Below are positions 26,771 to 35,369 of a stretch of 64,000 nt of DNA, piece after piece (position 1 is the first letter of the stretch; each line of letters begins with the position of its first letter). The notes beneath the pieces were generated by a model. It was given only the letters and a program-made list of their open reading frames with translations. It made no database searches and was not told where the DNA came from. Origin of the DNA: Euryarchaeota archaeon UBA28 (lineage in GTDB: Archaea; Thermoplasmatota; Poseidoniia; Poseidoniales; Thalassarchaeaceae); assembly GCA_002501605.1 (NCBI GenBank), contig DANW01000026.1, positions 36,871 through 100,870 of the forward strand, in the 5' to 3' direction. Position numbers and translations under genes: made by a program.

Positions 26771-28516
26771 ATGGAGGTCCCTGAAGAATTGGCTTCGATG
26801 CTTGACGGCGATCACGGCCCCACCAAGCAGAAAGCAGCCAGCTTGGTCGTTGATCTAGCATCAACTGCTGGCGCAAGGGAATTCATCAGAGTATCCCATG
26901 CTCATGTTTCGGGGGTTAGCGTGATTACCGGGGGGCACGGTCTAAGACGATTCTTGGCTGACCTATCAGGCGATAAAAACGGCAAGGTTACTATACCAAC
27001 TACTCTAAATTCTGCTGGATGCGACCATGAAAAAATGGAGGAAATGGACATAGACTATCCAGATTTTCTAGAACAACAGTTCGAAATCGTTCATTCATAT
27101 TCTGAGCTAGGTATTGATGCCACCCTCTCTTGCACCCCTTATGATAGGGGCATTGAAGAGGAGAAAGGAATAGGATCATGGGCAGAGTCTAATGCGGTTT
27201 GCTTCTCAAATTCATACACATCTCTGGTGACAAACAGGGAGTCAGGCCTATCAGCATTGGCGACTGCATTGACTGGATGGGCTCCAAGATGGGGACTTCA
27301 TTTAGAAAAAAATAGAGTTCCAAACATATTGGTTCATGTCGATTGTGCAATGGAGGATATGACAGATTGGAGTATTCTGGGGGACTGGATAGGAAAGCAG
27401 ATTCAGCCAGAATGGAAACTCCCATGGGGTCCCATGCCAAGAATCATGGGGCTTCCAAATGCTACATTCGAGATGAAGAAGGCATTGACGGCAGCGGCCG
27501 CAAATTACGGCTGTCCAATGCTTTGGGCTGACGGAATCACGGATGATGCCCCAGGAGTAGAAAATTATCAAGGAACTCTTCATTTCAATCAGTCAGAATT
27601 GTCCGAGAGGTATCGTGAGTTGTCACCGAAGGGAATAGTCGATCTTGTCGTGATAGGATGCCCTCAAGCCAGTGTAGGTGAGGCTCGGTCAACAGCGGCA
27701 TTTATGCGCTCAAGGATGGAACTCGGAGAGAAGATTCAAAATCATAGGCTCTGGGTCTTCATGAGTTCCCATAATTACGATCTAATTGAAGCGGATGGGA
27801 CTCTCGATATCTTGGAGGAGGGGGGTGCATTAGTCTTGAAGGACACATGCCCAGAAGTTACTCCCTACAACAGAGAGAACTACAACCATCTGCTAACTAA
27901 TTCTCTCAAAGCTGAGCATTACCTCACTAGCGGTTTGAATAAAATGCCAACAAGCGTTGCAACCATAGAAGATTGCGTCGCTCACGCATTTGACCCTAGT
28001 CTATTGTCCTCCCCCAGGCCAACACTGAAGTCGGGGATTACCAAAACGATTCCCAGTTCAAAGGTCAATGTATCTGGAGATTTTCAGGCCAATGGCCTTG
28101 GGATACCTAGCCAGAAAAAATGGTCAATTAAAGGGAGGGCGCTTGTAACAGACGTACCGATAACTTACCTCGGCTACGTAAACAGGGAGTCTGGAGTGAT
28201 CGAGGAGCCAGGTCACCCATTAGATGGGACGCCAATAAAAGATACAATCCTAATCTACCCGAAGGGATCTGGATCAACTGTTGCTCCCTTCGTCCTCATG
28301 GGGCTAATCTACACTAAGAGAGGGCCAATGGGCATAATCAATAGCGATGTGTGTCCATTGACACTTCCAGCGGCCTCTTTGTTGGGTACTCCCTATGCCC
28401 ATAGCTTCGACGCAGATCCAATTATGAATATTAATTCCGGAGACTTAGTTCAAATGCAACTAAGCGACAAAAAAACTACTATCAAAGTAATCTCAAGAAA
28501 TGGCGAGGAACTATGA
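26771..28516 (+). CDS. Aconitase X, fused catalytic (DUF521) plus swivel (DUF126) domains
   Basis: N-terminal part has HAHVSGVS, LSCTPY and WAESNAVCFSNSYTS (AcnX catalytic domain). C-terminal roughly 130 aa has GRALVTDVPITYLGYVNRESGVI..G..IKDTILIYPKGSGSTVAPFVL (swivel domain). Confidence 0.8.
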   Translation: MEVPEELASMLDGDHGPTKQKAASLVVDLASTAGAREFIRVSHAHVSGVSVITGGHGLRRFLADLSGDKNGKVTIPTTLNSAGCDHEKMEEMDIDYPDFLEQQFEIVHSYSELGIDATLSCTPYDRGIEEEKGIGSWAESNAVCFSNSYTSLVTNRESGLSALATALTGWAPRWGLHLEKNRVPNILVHVDCAMEDMTDWSILGDWIGKQIQPEWKLPWGPMPRIMGLPNATFEMKKALTAAAANYGCPMLWADGITDDAPGVENYQGTLHFNQSELSERYRELSPKGIVDLVVIGCPQASVGEARSTAAFMRSRMELGEKIQNHRLWVFMSSHNYDLIEADGTLDILEEGGALVLKDTCPEVTPYNRENYNHLLTNSLKAEHYLTSGLNKMPTSVATIEDCVAHAFDPSLLSSPRPTLKSGITKTIPSSKVNVSGDFQANGLGIPSQKKWSIKGRALVTDVPITYLGYVNRESGVIEEPGHPLDGTPIKDTILIYPKGSGSTVAPFVLMGLIYTKRGPMGIINSDVCPLTLPAASLLGTPYAHSFDADPIMNINSGDLVQMQLSDKKTTIKVISRNGEEL

Positions 28517-28541
28517 AGTCTGTTTTATGCGATGTGATTTT

Positions 28542-30668
28542 ATGAAGTCAGAACCAGAGTCATGCAGGCCACAAGATTGGGGCAAATTCGAGATAACAAG
28601 TCGAGATGGAGCAGCTAGGATTGGAAAGTTTCACACATTGCATGGGGCAATAACTACCCCTATGCTTCTCCCGGTGGTAAATCCAAATTTACGTACCATT
28701 GAGCCCAGAGAAATGTGGGAAAAGTACGGGGTCGAGGCACTGATAACCAATTCATACGTAATTTGGAAACACGAAAAACTTAGCATCCCAGCTAAACAGG
28801 ACGGTATCCACAAACTCTTGGATTTCCCCGGGGCCATAGTCACCGATTCAGGAACATTTCAGTCCTACGTTTATGGAGATGTGGAGGTATCTCCAAAGGA
28901 AATTGTTGAATTTCAGAGAGAAATCGGCGTTGATGTTGGGACAATGCTCGATGTCTTTGGTAGGCCTAATATGAGTAGGGAGGAAGCTGAGAATTCGGTC
29001 AATGAGACCTACAGTAGAGTTCCTCTATCACTATCCGAGGCTGGGGACTCAATATTACTCAATGGACCTATCCAAGGAGGAGTGTATGAGGATTTAAGGG
29101 CAAAATCAGCTGAGCTGATGAGTCGAGCAGATGAATCAGGAGCTACATTTGCCATACATCCGATTGGAGGAATAGTTCCTCTAATGGAGAAACAAAGGTA
29201 CCAAGAATTGTTCTCCATCATTCTGGCCGTGAAATCCCAGATTCCACCAAACAAACCAATTCACATGTTTGGTTGCGGACATCCAATGCTATTCCCCCTT
29301 TCAGTGGCCCTTGGAATTGACTTTTTCGATAGTGCCGCCTATGTCTTGTTCGCTCGTGATGACAGGATACTAACTCCAGAAGGAACTGTGAAGGTCCAAG
29401 GTCTCAAGGAGTGGCCAATATCTTCGGAGGCACTGTTTGGCAGGACTCCCATTGAGGTTCTATCCCTGCCAAAGGAAGAGAGATCCGAGATTCTAGCTAG
29501 GCACAATCTCGAGGTTACCCAGTCCGAGCTTTCCAAATGCAGAGAAGCAATCAGGAATGGTTCTATTTGGAGATTAGCTGAGGTTAGGAGTCATGCGTCC
29601 CCAAGACTCAGAGAGGCATTTGAGTGGGTCATTGATCAGCTAGAAAAACTAGAAGAGACCGAGGTAGGAAGCTCACTATTGGACGTCATGGCCTCAACCA
29701 ATCCAATCAGGAAGGGTGGAGAACCATTATCAGATGATATTGAATTTAGGCCACATATTCTACATTTGATGGCCCTTATTTCTATCCGATGGAGGCCCCC
29801 GGGATCCTGGTGGGATGGCAGCACAGGTCCCGTAGAAAAAGTCCTGATATTGGATAATTCCCCTCCTCCTTGGAGAGAGGGATCTCTGGGCACAATCGTA
29901 AATCATCTACTCGACTGCCCCAGGACCGTAGTCCTAATCTCCACGCCACTCGGTCCCGTCCCTTATTCGTTCGAAGACGTCTCCCCCTTTTGCCATATAG
30001 ATGGTTCAGATAATATCTGGAATGATCAGACCGATTTGAATGACCCTACAGAAGATATCTCGTACCTAGGTTTGGAGAACTCAGATGTGGCCATTTCAAA
30101 GTCATCTGAACCACTTCAATCATCATCTTCAGAAATTGACAAGGTGAGGGCTTGGCTGGATAGATGCTCGATTGTAGACAAGCTCTCTGTCTTTTGTGCG
30201 ACACATCCGTTCAAACTGTGTGAGATTACGAACTCAATGAACTCGAGAAGATCGAATACTGATAGAATGGTAAACGTCAGTTTTGGGGGCGTTCATGCCT
30301 TGTCTCCTAGATTGAAGGATGGAGGGGTTTCGCTGACTGCAGAGGGGGCTAGGATGCTTTATTCTCTCAATGATGGCACACCAGATATTTTCGGGGAAGA
30401 AAATCCTGATGAAGAGAGAGACTTCCCGGGGATCCCTAGGGTAATGATAAGGGATGATGCCATTCCTTTTGTTGGAAAGGGTAGGAATGTAATGCACGGC
30501 TATGTCATAGGCGCTGACTCACATGTCACTCCCGGACAACCTTGTGTGGTAGTTTCTGAAAAAGGAGAATTAGTAGCTCATGGAGCTCCAACTTCGACTT
30601 CTTCTGAGATGGCTTGTTTCACTAAGGGAATTGCCGTAAAGGTCAGACAAGGCGTCCTGAAAGAGTAA
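28542..30668 (+). CDS. tgtA: Archaeosine tRNA-guanine transglycosylase (ArcTGT) with C-terminal PUA domain
   Basis: FEITSRDGAARIGKF..TPMLLPVVNP, VTDSGTFQ, HMFGCGHPMLF and GIDFFDSAAY. C-terminal PUA-like GKGRNVMHGYVIGADSHVTPGQPCVVVSEKGELVAHG. The start could be 28500, 28527 or 28542. Confidence 0.85.
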   Translation: MKSEPESCRPQDWGKFEITSRDGAARIGKFHTLHGAITTPMLLPVVNPNLRTIEPREMWEKYGVEALITNSYVIWKHEKLSIPAKQDGIHKLLDFPGAIVTDSGTFQSYVYGDVEVSPKEIVEFQREIGVDVGTMLDVFGRPNMSREEAENSVNETYSRVPLSLSEAGDSILLNGPIQGGVYEDLRAKSAELMSRADESGATFAIHPIGGIVPLMEKQRYQELFSIILAVKSQIPPNKPIHMFGCGHPMLFPLSVALGIDFFDSAAYVLFARDDRILTPEGTVKVQGLKEWPISSEALFGRTPIEVLSLPKEERSEILARHNLEVTQSELSKCREAIRNGSIWRLAEVRSHASPRLREAFEWVIDQLEKLEETEVGSSLLDVMASTNPIRKGGEPLSDDIEFRPHILHLMALISIRWRPPGSWWDGSTGPVEKVLILDNSPPPWREGSLGTIVNHLLDCPRTVVLISTPLGPVPYSFEDVSPFCHIDGSDNIWNDQTDLNDPTEDISYLGLENSDVAISKSSEPLQSSSSEIDKVRAWLDRCSIVDKLSVFCATHPFKLCEITNSMNSRRSNTDRMVNVSFGGVHALSPRLKDGGVSLTAEGARMLYSLNDGTPDIFGEENPDEERDFPGIPRVMIRDDAIPFVGKGRNVMHGYVIGADSHVTPGQPCVVVSEKGELVAHGAPTSTSSEMACFTKGIAVKVRQGVLKE

Positions 30669-30738
30669 TGCAAAATTGATTTAATTATCATGTTATATTC
30701 GGGGATTAATTCAAGTGATGCCCTCCAGAGGGTCCAGT

Positions 30739-30755
30739 GACTCCCTACGGGAGTC
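30739..30755 (+). promoter_or_regulatory. Perfect 7-bp inverted repeat (GACTCCC-TAC-GGGAGTC) just upstream of the ABC operon
   Basis: Read directly from the sequence. It is followed by GGGTGA (SD-like) and ATG 30767. Confidence 0.4.
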
Positions 30756-30766
30756 GGGTGACTAAC

Positions 30767-31759
30767 ATGGCCTCAGAAACCTCGGAAGGATTGCTAATTA
30801 CTGCAAAATCTCTGAAGAAGATGTATGGCCCACATCTCGCCTTGGATGATATTAATCTCGAAATCCCTCCGGGTGCAATAGGGATTCTAGGGCCCAACGG
30901 TGCGGGTAAGTCGACATTTTTCAAGTGCCTTCTGGGCCTGATAAAGACCACCTCTGGAGAGGGTTCGGTGCTTGGACATGATATCAGGACCGAAGGCGAC
31001 TTGATTAGATCCAAGATAGGATATATGCCCGAATATGACTCATTAGACCCCGGTCTAACCGCGATCGATCAGGTAAGGTATTCAGGCGAGTTACTTGGAA
31101 TGAATCCAGACTCAGCTACTCAACGGGCACATGAGGTACTACAGTACGTTGGGTTGAAAGATCAGAGGTATAGAAAGATTGAGACATTCAGCACCGGAAT
31201 GAAACAAGCCGCTAAACTGGCTTGCGCCCTGATACATGATCCAGACATTCTAATTTGCGACGAGCCAACAAATGGCCTCGATCAAAGGGCTAGAGAGTTC
31301 ATGCTACAGACCCTGAAAAAAACCGTTTCTGAAGGAGGTAGGTCTGTCTTAATGAGCAGTCATGTCATGGATGATGTGGAGAGAGTCTGTGATAGGATTG
31401 TGATGATTCACAAGGGGAAGATAGTCGTCCACAGAAGTATTGACGAAATGGTCAACCAAGTCGAGAAAGAAATCGAGATATCCGTTTGGGGCGGAGCGTC
31501 AAAAATGGAACAAGAATTGACTTCCATTGGTCTTTCGGTGAGGAGAATGGGCAGGAATATGAGAGTGACTAAGGTCGATGAGGGGACATATACGAATATC
31601 CTTTCTTCAGCCGCTAAAGCGAAAGTACAAGTCAGAAAAATGACTGATTACGAGCCCGATTTAGAAGATATTTTTCTTTTAATTATGGATAAGCTAGGCG
31701 AGGATGTAAAGGAGACTGATGATCTCATTACTCCTCGTTACACGGGGGAAGGGTCATGA
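30767..31759 (+). CDS. ABC transporter ATP-binding protein 1
   Basis: Walker A GPNGAGKST, signature FSTGMKQ, Walker B ILICDEPTNGLD, H-loop SSHVM, plus a roughly 100-aa C-terminal extension. Start at ATG 30767. Confidence 0.9.
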   Translation: MASETSEGLLITAKSLKKMYGPHLALDDINLEIPPGAIGILGPNGAGKSTFFKCLLGLIKTTSGEGSVLGHDIRTEGDLIRSKIGYMPEYDSLDPGLTAIDQVRYSGELLGMNPDSATQRAHEVLQYVGLKDQRYRKIETFSTGMKQAAKLACALIHDPDILICDEPTNGLDQRAREFMLQTLKKTVSEGGRSVLMSSHVMDDVERVCDRIVMIHKGKIVVHRSIDEMVNQVEKEIEISVWGGASKMEQELTSIGLSVRRMGRNMRVTKVDEGTYTNILSSAAKAKVQVRKMTDYEPDLEDIFLLIMDKLGEDVKETDDLITPRYTGEGS

Positions 31760-32769
31760 AAAATGAGCTTGATATTTCAGGTGGAACGACTAGGATGGAG
31801 TCGGCCTTCGGTTCTGGGGACGGTGATGATGAGGCAACTGCATCTGTCGCGCAAAAAGCTGAGGTTAAAGCCTCGATTTACGAACAGACCTACCGTCCAT
31901 GGAGAGGCTCTCTAGGGCCCAGATGGGTTAGGAATTACGCGATTTTTAGGCACCATGTCTACGGCATATTCTCTAGTAAGGGCCATAGACACTATCATCC
32001 GTTGGTAAGACTCACAATTTTGATAGTATTTATCTTCTCGATCTCACCAGTTGCAATGCTATTCCTCGCCTCTCTGGGGGGGCAAGGGGGATTTGGTGAA
32101 ATCCTCTCAAGAATGTGGGGCATAAACAGGTACAATTTATGGGGCCAAGTATTAGGATTCTTTCCTCGTAATCTCTGTATGTGGCCACTACTAACCGCGT
32201 TGGTTGTTGGAGGCATGATTTCTGATGATAGGAGAAATGGAACCAGCGCAATTTATTTTTCTAGACCTGTGAATAGGACAGATTACACTGCAATGAAGTA
32301 TCTTAGTAGTGCAGTGGTTCTGGGTTTCGTGATTGTTTTCTCCTACATTGTATACTACACGAGTGCCATTGTTTTGAACGGCGAGGGTTGGGCCTTCCTC
32401 ATCGATACGTTCCCTATCTTCATGGGTGGACTAATTGCTGGAATCCTCCTAGTAATAACATACACTTCGATAGGATTAGCTTTGTCCAGTATTAGCCAAA
32501 GTAGATTCTTCGCTGCCGTAGCCTTCCTCGCAGTAATTTATGGTACGAAAATGGTCGCCTTCCTTATTGAATCAACATTCGATTCTTCGATCCTCTATCT
32601 ACTAAGTCCGTACGATGGGCTCGCTCATATAGGGCAATGGCTAGTCGGCATAGAGTCGAACTATGATCATCCCTTATCATTATCAATTGTATCAATATTA
32701 TTGATTAACTTCCTATCTCTGTTGTTATTGACAAGTAGAGTAAGCTCTTTGGAGGTGACAAGGGAATGA
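31756..32769 (+). CDS. ABC-2 type permease 1
   Basis: 337 aa with 6 predicted TM helices and a 4-nt overlap with both flanking ATPase genes. Confidence 0.7.
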   Translation: MKNELDISGGTTRMESAFGSGDGDDEATASVAQKAEVKASIYEQTYRPWRGSLGPRWVRNYAIFRHHVYGIFSSKGHRHYHPLVRLTILIVFIFSISPVAMLFLASLGGQGGFGEILSRMWGINRYNLWGQVLGFFPRNLCMWPLLTALVVGGMISDDRRNGTSAIYFSRPVNRTDYTAMKYLSSAVVLGFVIVFSYIVYYTSAIVLNGEGWAFLIDTFPIFMGGLIAGILLVITYTSIGLALSSISQSRFFAAVAFLAVIYGTKMVAFLIESTFDSSILYLLSPYDGLAHIGQWLVGIESNYDHPLSLSIVSILLINFLSLLLLTSRVSSLEVTRE

Positions 32770-33698
32770 CTTCAGAACTCCCAGCAGTGATGTTAGAGTC
32801 CGTATCTAAGTGGTACGGTGAAGTAATTGGGATCAATGATGTTTCGCTAGCTATAGATGGCGGTGTTACGGGAGTTTTGGGCCCAAATGGGGCTGGAAAG
32901 TCCACATTGTTCAAGCTATTACTCGGCAGACTTAGGCCAAGTCAGGGGTCGGTAAGGCTCTTCGGAACAGATCCGTGGGAGAGTACATCCCCTTTCAGGA
33001 GAGTGGGCTATGTCAGTGAAACTGAACCACTCTATGAGTGGATGACTGCTCTCGATTTTCTTACTACAATGGCAAGATTGCATGGCATGACCAGAGATGA
33101 GGCCAAGGAAAGAGCAGAGCATGTTTTAGACTTCGTTGGCCTTACTGACGTCAGACATAAGGAAGTCGGTAAGTACAGTAAAGGAATGCGTCAAAGGGTC
33201 AAAATCGCTCATGCTCTAGTTCATGACCCTGACTTAATTATCCTAGATGAGCCACTTCATGGATGTGACCCATTGGCTAGAACTAGCATTATGAGTGTGA
33301 TCAGGGAATTGGGTAACCGAGGGAAGACCGTCATTGTTTCAAGCCATATTCTTGAAGAAATAGAGAGAATAACAGAACAGATTGTCATACTTCACAACGG
33401 TAGACTATTGGCACTGGGTAATTTGCATGCGATAAGGGGCCTTCTTGACAAGCACCCCCACAGAATAATGTTGGAGACAGAATCACCTAGGGAACTAGCG
33501 AAGGAACTCATATCGGAGGATCCAATATATGGAGTGAGATTCCCAGAAGAGGGATGTTTGGAGATCCAAACCGGTGACCTATCAGAAGCACATGCAATTC
33601 TCCCCAATGCAATTGTAAAGTCAGGAATCAAGGTCACTTCGGTTGAAAATCCAGATGATAACTTAGATTCACTTCTCGGATATCTGGTGGGTGGTTAA
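32766..33698 (+). CDS. ABC transporter ATP-binding protein 2
   Basis: Walker A GPNGAGKST, signature YSKGMRQR, Walker B LIILDEPLHGCD, H-loop SSHIL. Confidence 0.9.
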   Translation: MTSELPAVMLESVSKWYGEVIGINDVSLAIDGGVTGVLGPNGAGKSTLFKLLLGRLRPSQGSVRLFGTDPWESTSPFRRVGYVSETEPLYEWMTALDFLTTMARLHGMTRDEAKERAEHVLDFVGLTDVRHKEVGKYSKGMRQRVKIAHALVHDPDLIILDEPLHGCDPLARTSIMSVIRELGNRGKTVIVSSHILEEIERITEQIVILHNGRLLALGNLHAIRGLLDKHPHRIMLETESPRELAKELISEDPIYGVRFPEEGCLEIQTGDLSEAHAILPNAIVKSGIKVTSVENPDDNLDSLLGYLVGG

Positions 33699-33700
33699 AC

Positions 33701-35365
33701 ATGGACGTTCAAGGAAGGGAGCTATCCGAGACTGTTTGGACGAGGATGGATAGGAAGGCTGGAGCGGTGGTAGAACTGACCATAAGGCAACTAAGGCATA
33801 AAATTTCAACTTGGGTCGTTTTGTCTCTTGGAACAGTACTTATGATCATGCTACTAGCATTTTATGTTGATGCTGTCAGAGAGGGATTTGAACCCGTGGA
33901 TAATGATGGCGATAGCGTTGATGCCGATCGAGATGGGTACCCTCTCGGTCAAGAGAGAAAATATGGGACCAGTGACTGGGATGGAGAGCAATTCCCAGGG
34001 TCGGGCACATACATATACGAGGGAGAAATCGATTGGAATGACCAGAATAGAAAAATTTCTGGTAATAAAACATGGGAGGGAATGTCATTCCTAGACCCTA
34101 CATGGATTGATTTTGATTACAAAGGAGGGCAATGGGACTACATCATAGATTGGGATGATGTAACTGATTGCCAAGATACTAGGGGTGAAGTATTTGTTGA
34201 TTGGATCCCCGATTATTCCACGGCCTGTCAATTAGAAAATGGAACATACGCCACAAACGGAAAGTTTACTGCCGATGGCAATCTAACCGTCCCAATAGAC
34301 TACTTTCTGTCATGGGGGTATATTACGGGAATATTTGATGTCCCAAAGGATCCGAAAGAAATGTACATCGATGAAGACGACATCGATTGGGACGGCTCAG
34401 GAGGGACCCAGGGTTTCGATGATGACGGCGATTGTCTCAGAATTGACTGGTACACGCAGGTCGATGGAAATGGGGATATGATGTGGTGGCAAGAGCCACA
34501 CAATCCAGACTCCAATCGAAACGGTATCCCCTGTGATGTGGTTTGGGTAATTGATCCTGAAACCGGAGAAGTAATTTCGATAAATGCCGACTCTTCAGTC
34601 GACGAAGACCCTGTAGATGAGAACTATGTCGGAGAAGCTGGGCATAGGACTTTTGTCATAGCTACAGGAAAGATAGCGTTTGTACTTCTTCTCGGCCTAT
34701 TCCTGCCTCTATTCCTCTCACTGGGACTGGTCCGGGATGAGACTGAGAGAGGGACTTTGCACTATCTACTTTCAAAACCAATTCACAGAGGGGAATTCAT
34801 CCTTTATCGAGTTATGGGATATTTGGCAGTAGTCTCCGTCTTTGTTCTTATCCTATCGCTGGTTATGGCCTTAATTACCGCTGTAATAGGGCCCGGGGAT
34901 AGTTTTGTTAGACTTGGTGACTTCCCTGTTTGGCTAGGAATTGCATTTACCACAATTCTGGTCTTAGCAGCCTATGGTTCTTTATTCAATACAATAGGCC
35001 TACTTCTCCCTAAGTACGGCGTATACCTGTGTATAATCATCGGAGTTTGGGAGTTCGCAATGGGGTTCACGACACTAATTTCTCCAAGTTCGTCAGTCGC
35101 ATCCCTGTCCGTCTCACACTGGGGCTTGCAACTTATTGACTCTGTTGTCTTAGCATCTTGGCCTGATACCATTCAATTTTCCCAGATGTCCTATGCATTT
35201 GGCTTGGAAACTGGCCTGGAGTGGATCTGGTCACCCCCGGTGCATACTTTGGACACAAATAACCCATATCTCGGAATAATAACATCGACAATTGTCTTGA
35301 TAGGAACGTCTGCCGCCATGATTGGAATTGGAAGCGCAGTCTTCAGTAAGAGGGAGATAATGTGA
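33701..35365 (+). CDS. ABC-2 type permease 2 with a roughly 250-aa acidic extracytoplasmic domain
   Basis: One N-terminal TM helix, then a D/W/G-rich ectodomain with DNDGDSVDADRDGYP, DDDGDC and VDGNGD turns. The C-terminal half has 5 TM helices and resembles ABC-2 permeases. Confidence 0.7.
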   Translation: MDVQGRELSETVWTRMDRKAGAVVELTIRQLRHKISTWVVLSLGTVLMIMLLAFYVDAVREGFEPVDNDGDSVDADRDGYPLGQERKYGTSDWDGEQFPGSGTYIYEGEIDWNDQNRKISGNKTWEGMSFLDPTWIDFDYKGGQWDYIIDWDDVTDCQDTRGEVFVDWIPDYSTACQLENGTYATNGKFTADGNLTVPIDYFLSWGYITGIFDVPKDPKEMYIDEDDIDWDGSGGTQGFDDDGDCLRIDWYTQVDGNGDMMWWQEPHNPDSNRNGIPCDVVWVIDPETGEVISINADSSVDEDPVDENYVGEAGHRTFVIATGKIAFVLLLGLFLPLFLSLGLVRDETERGTLHYLLSKPIHRGEFILYRVMGYLAVVSVFVLILSLVMALITAVIGPGDSFVRLGDFPVWLGIAFTTILVLAAYGSLFNTIGLLLPKYGVYLCIIIGVWEFAMGFTTLISPSSSVASLSVSHWGLQLIDSVVLASWPDTIQFSQMSYAFGLETGLEWIWSPPVHTLDTNNPYLGIITSTIVLIGTSAAMIGIGSAVFSKREIM

Positions 35366-35369
35366 TCGC

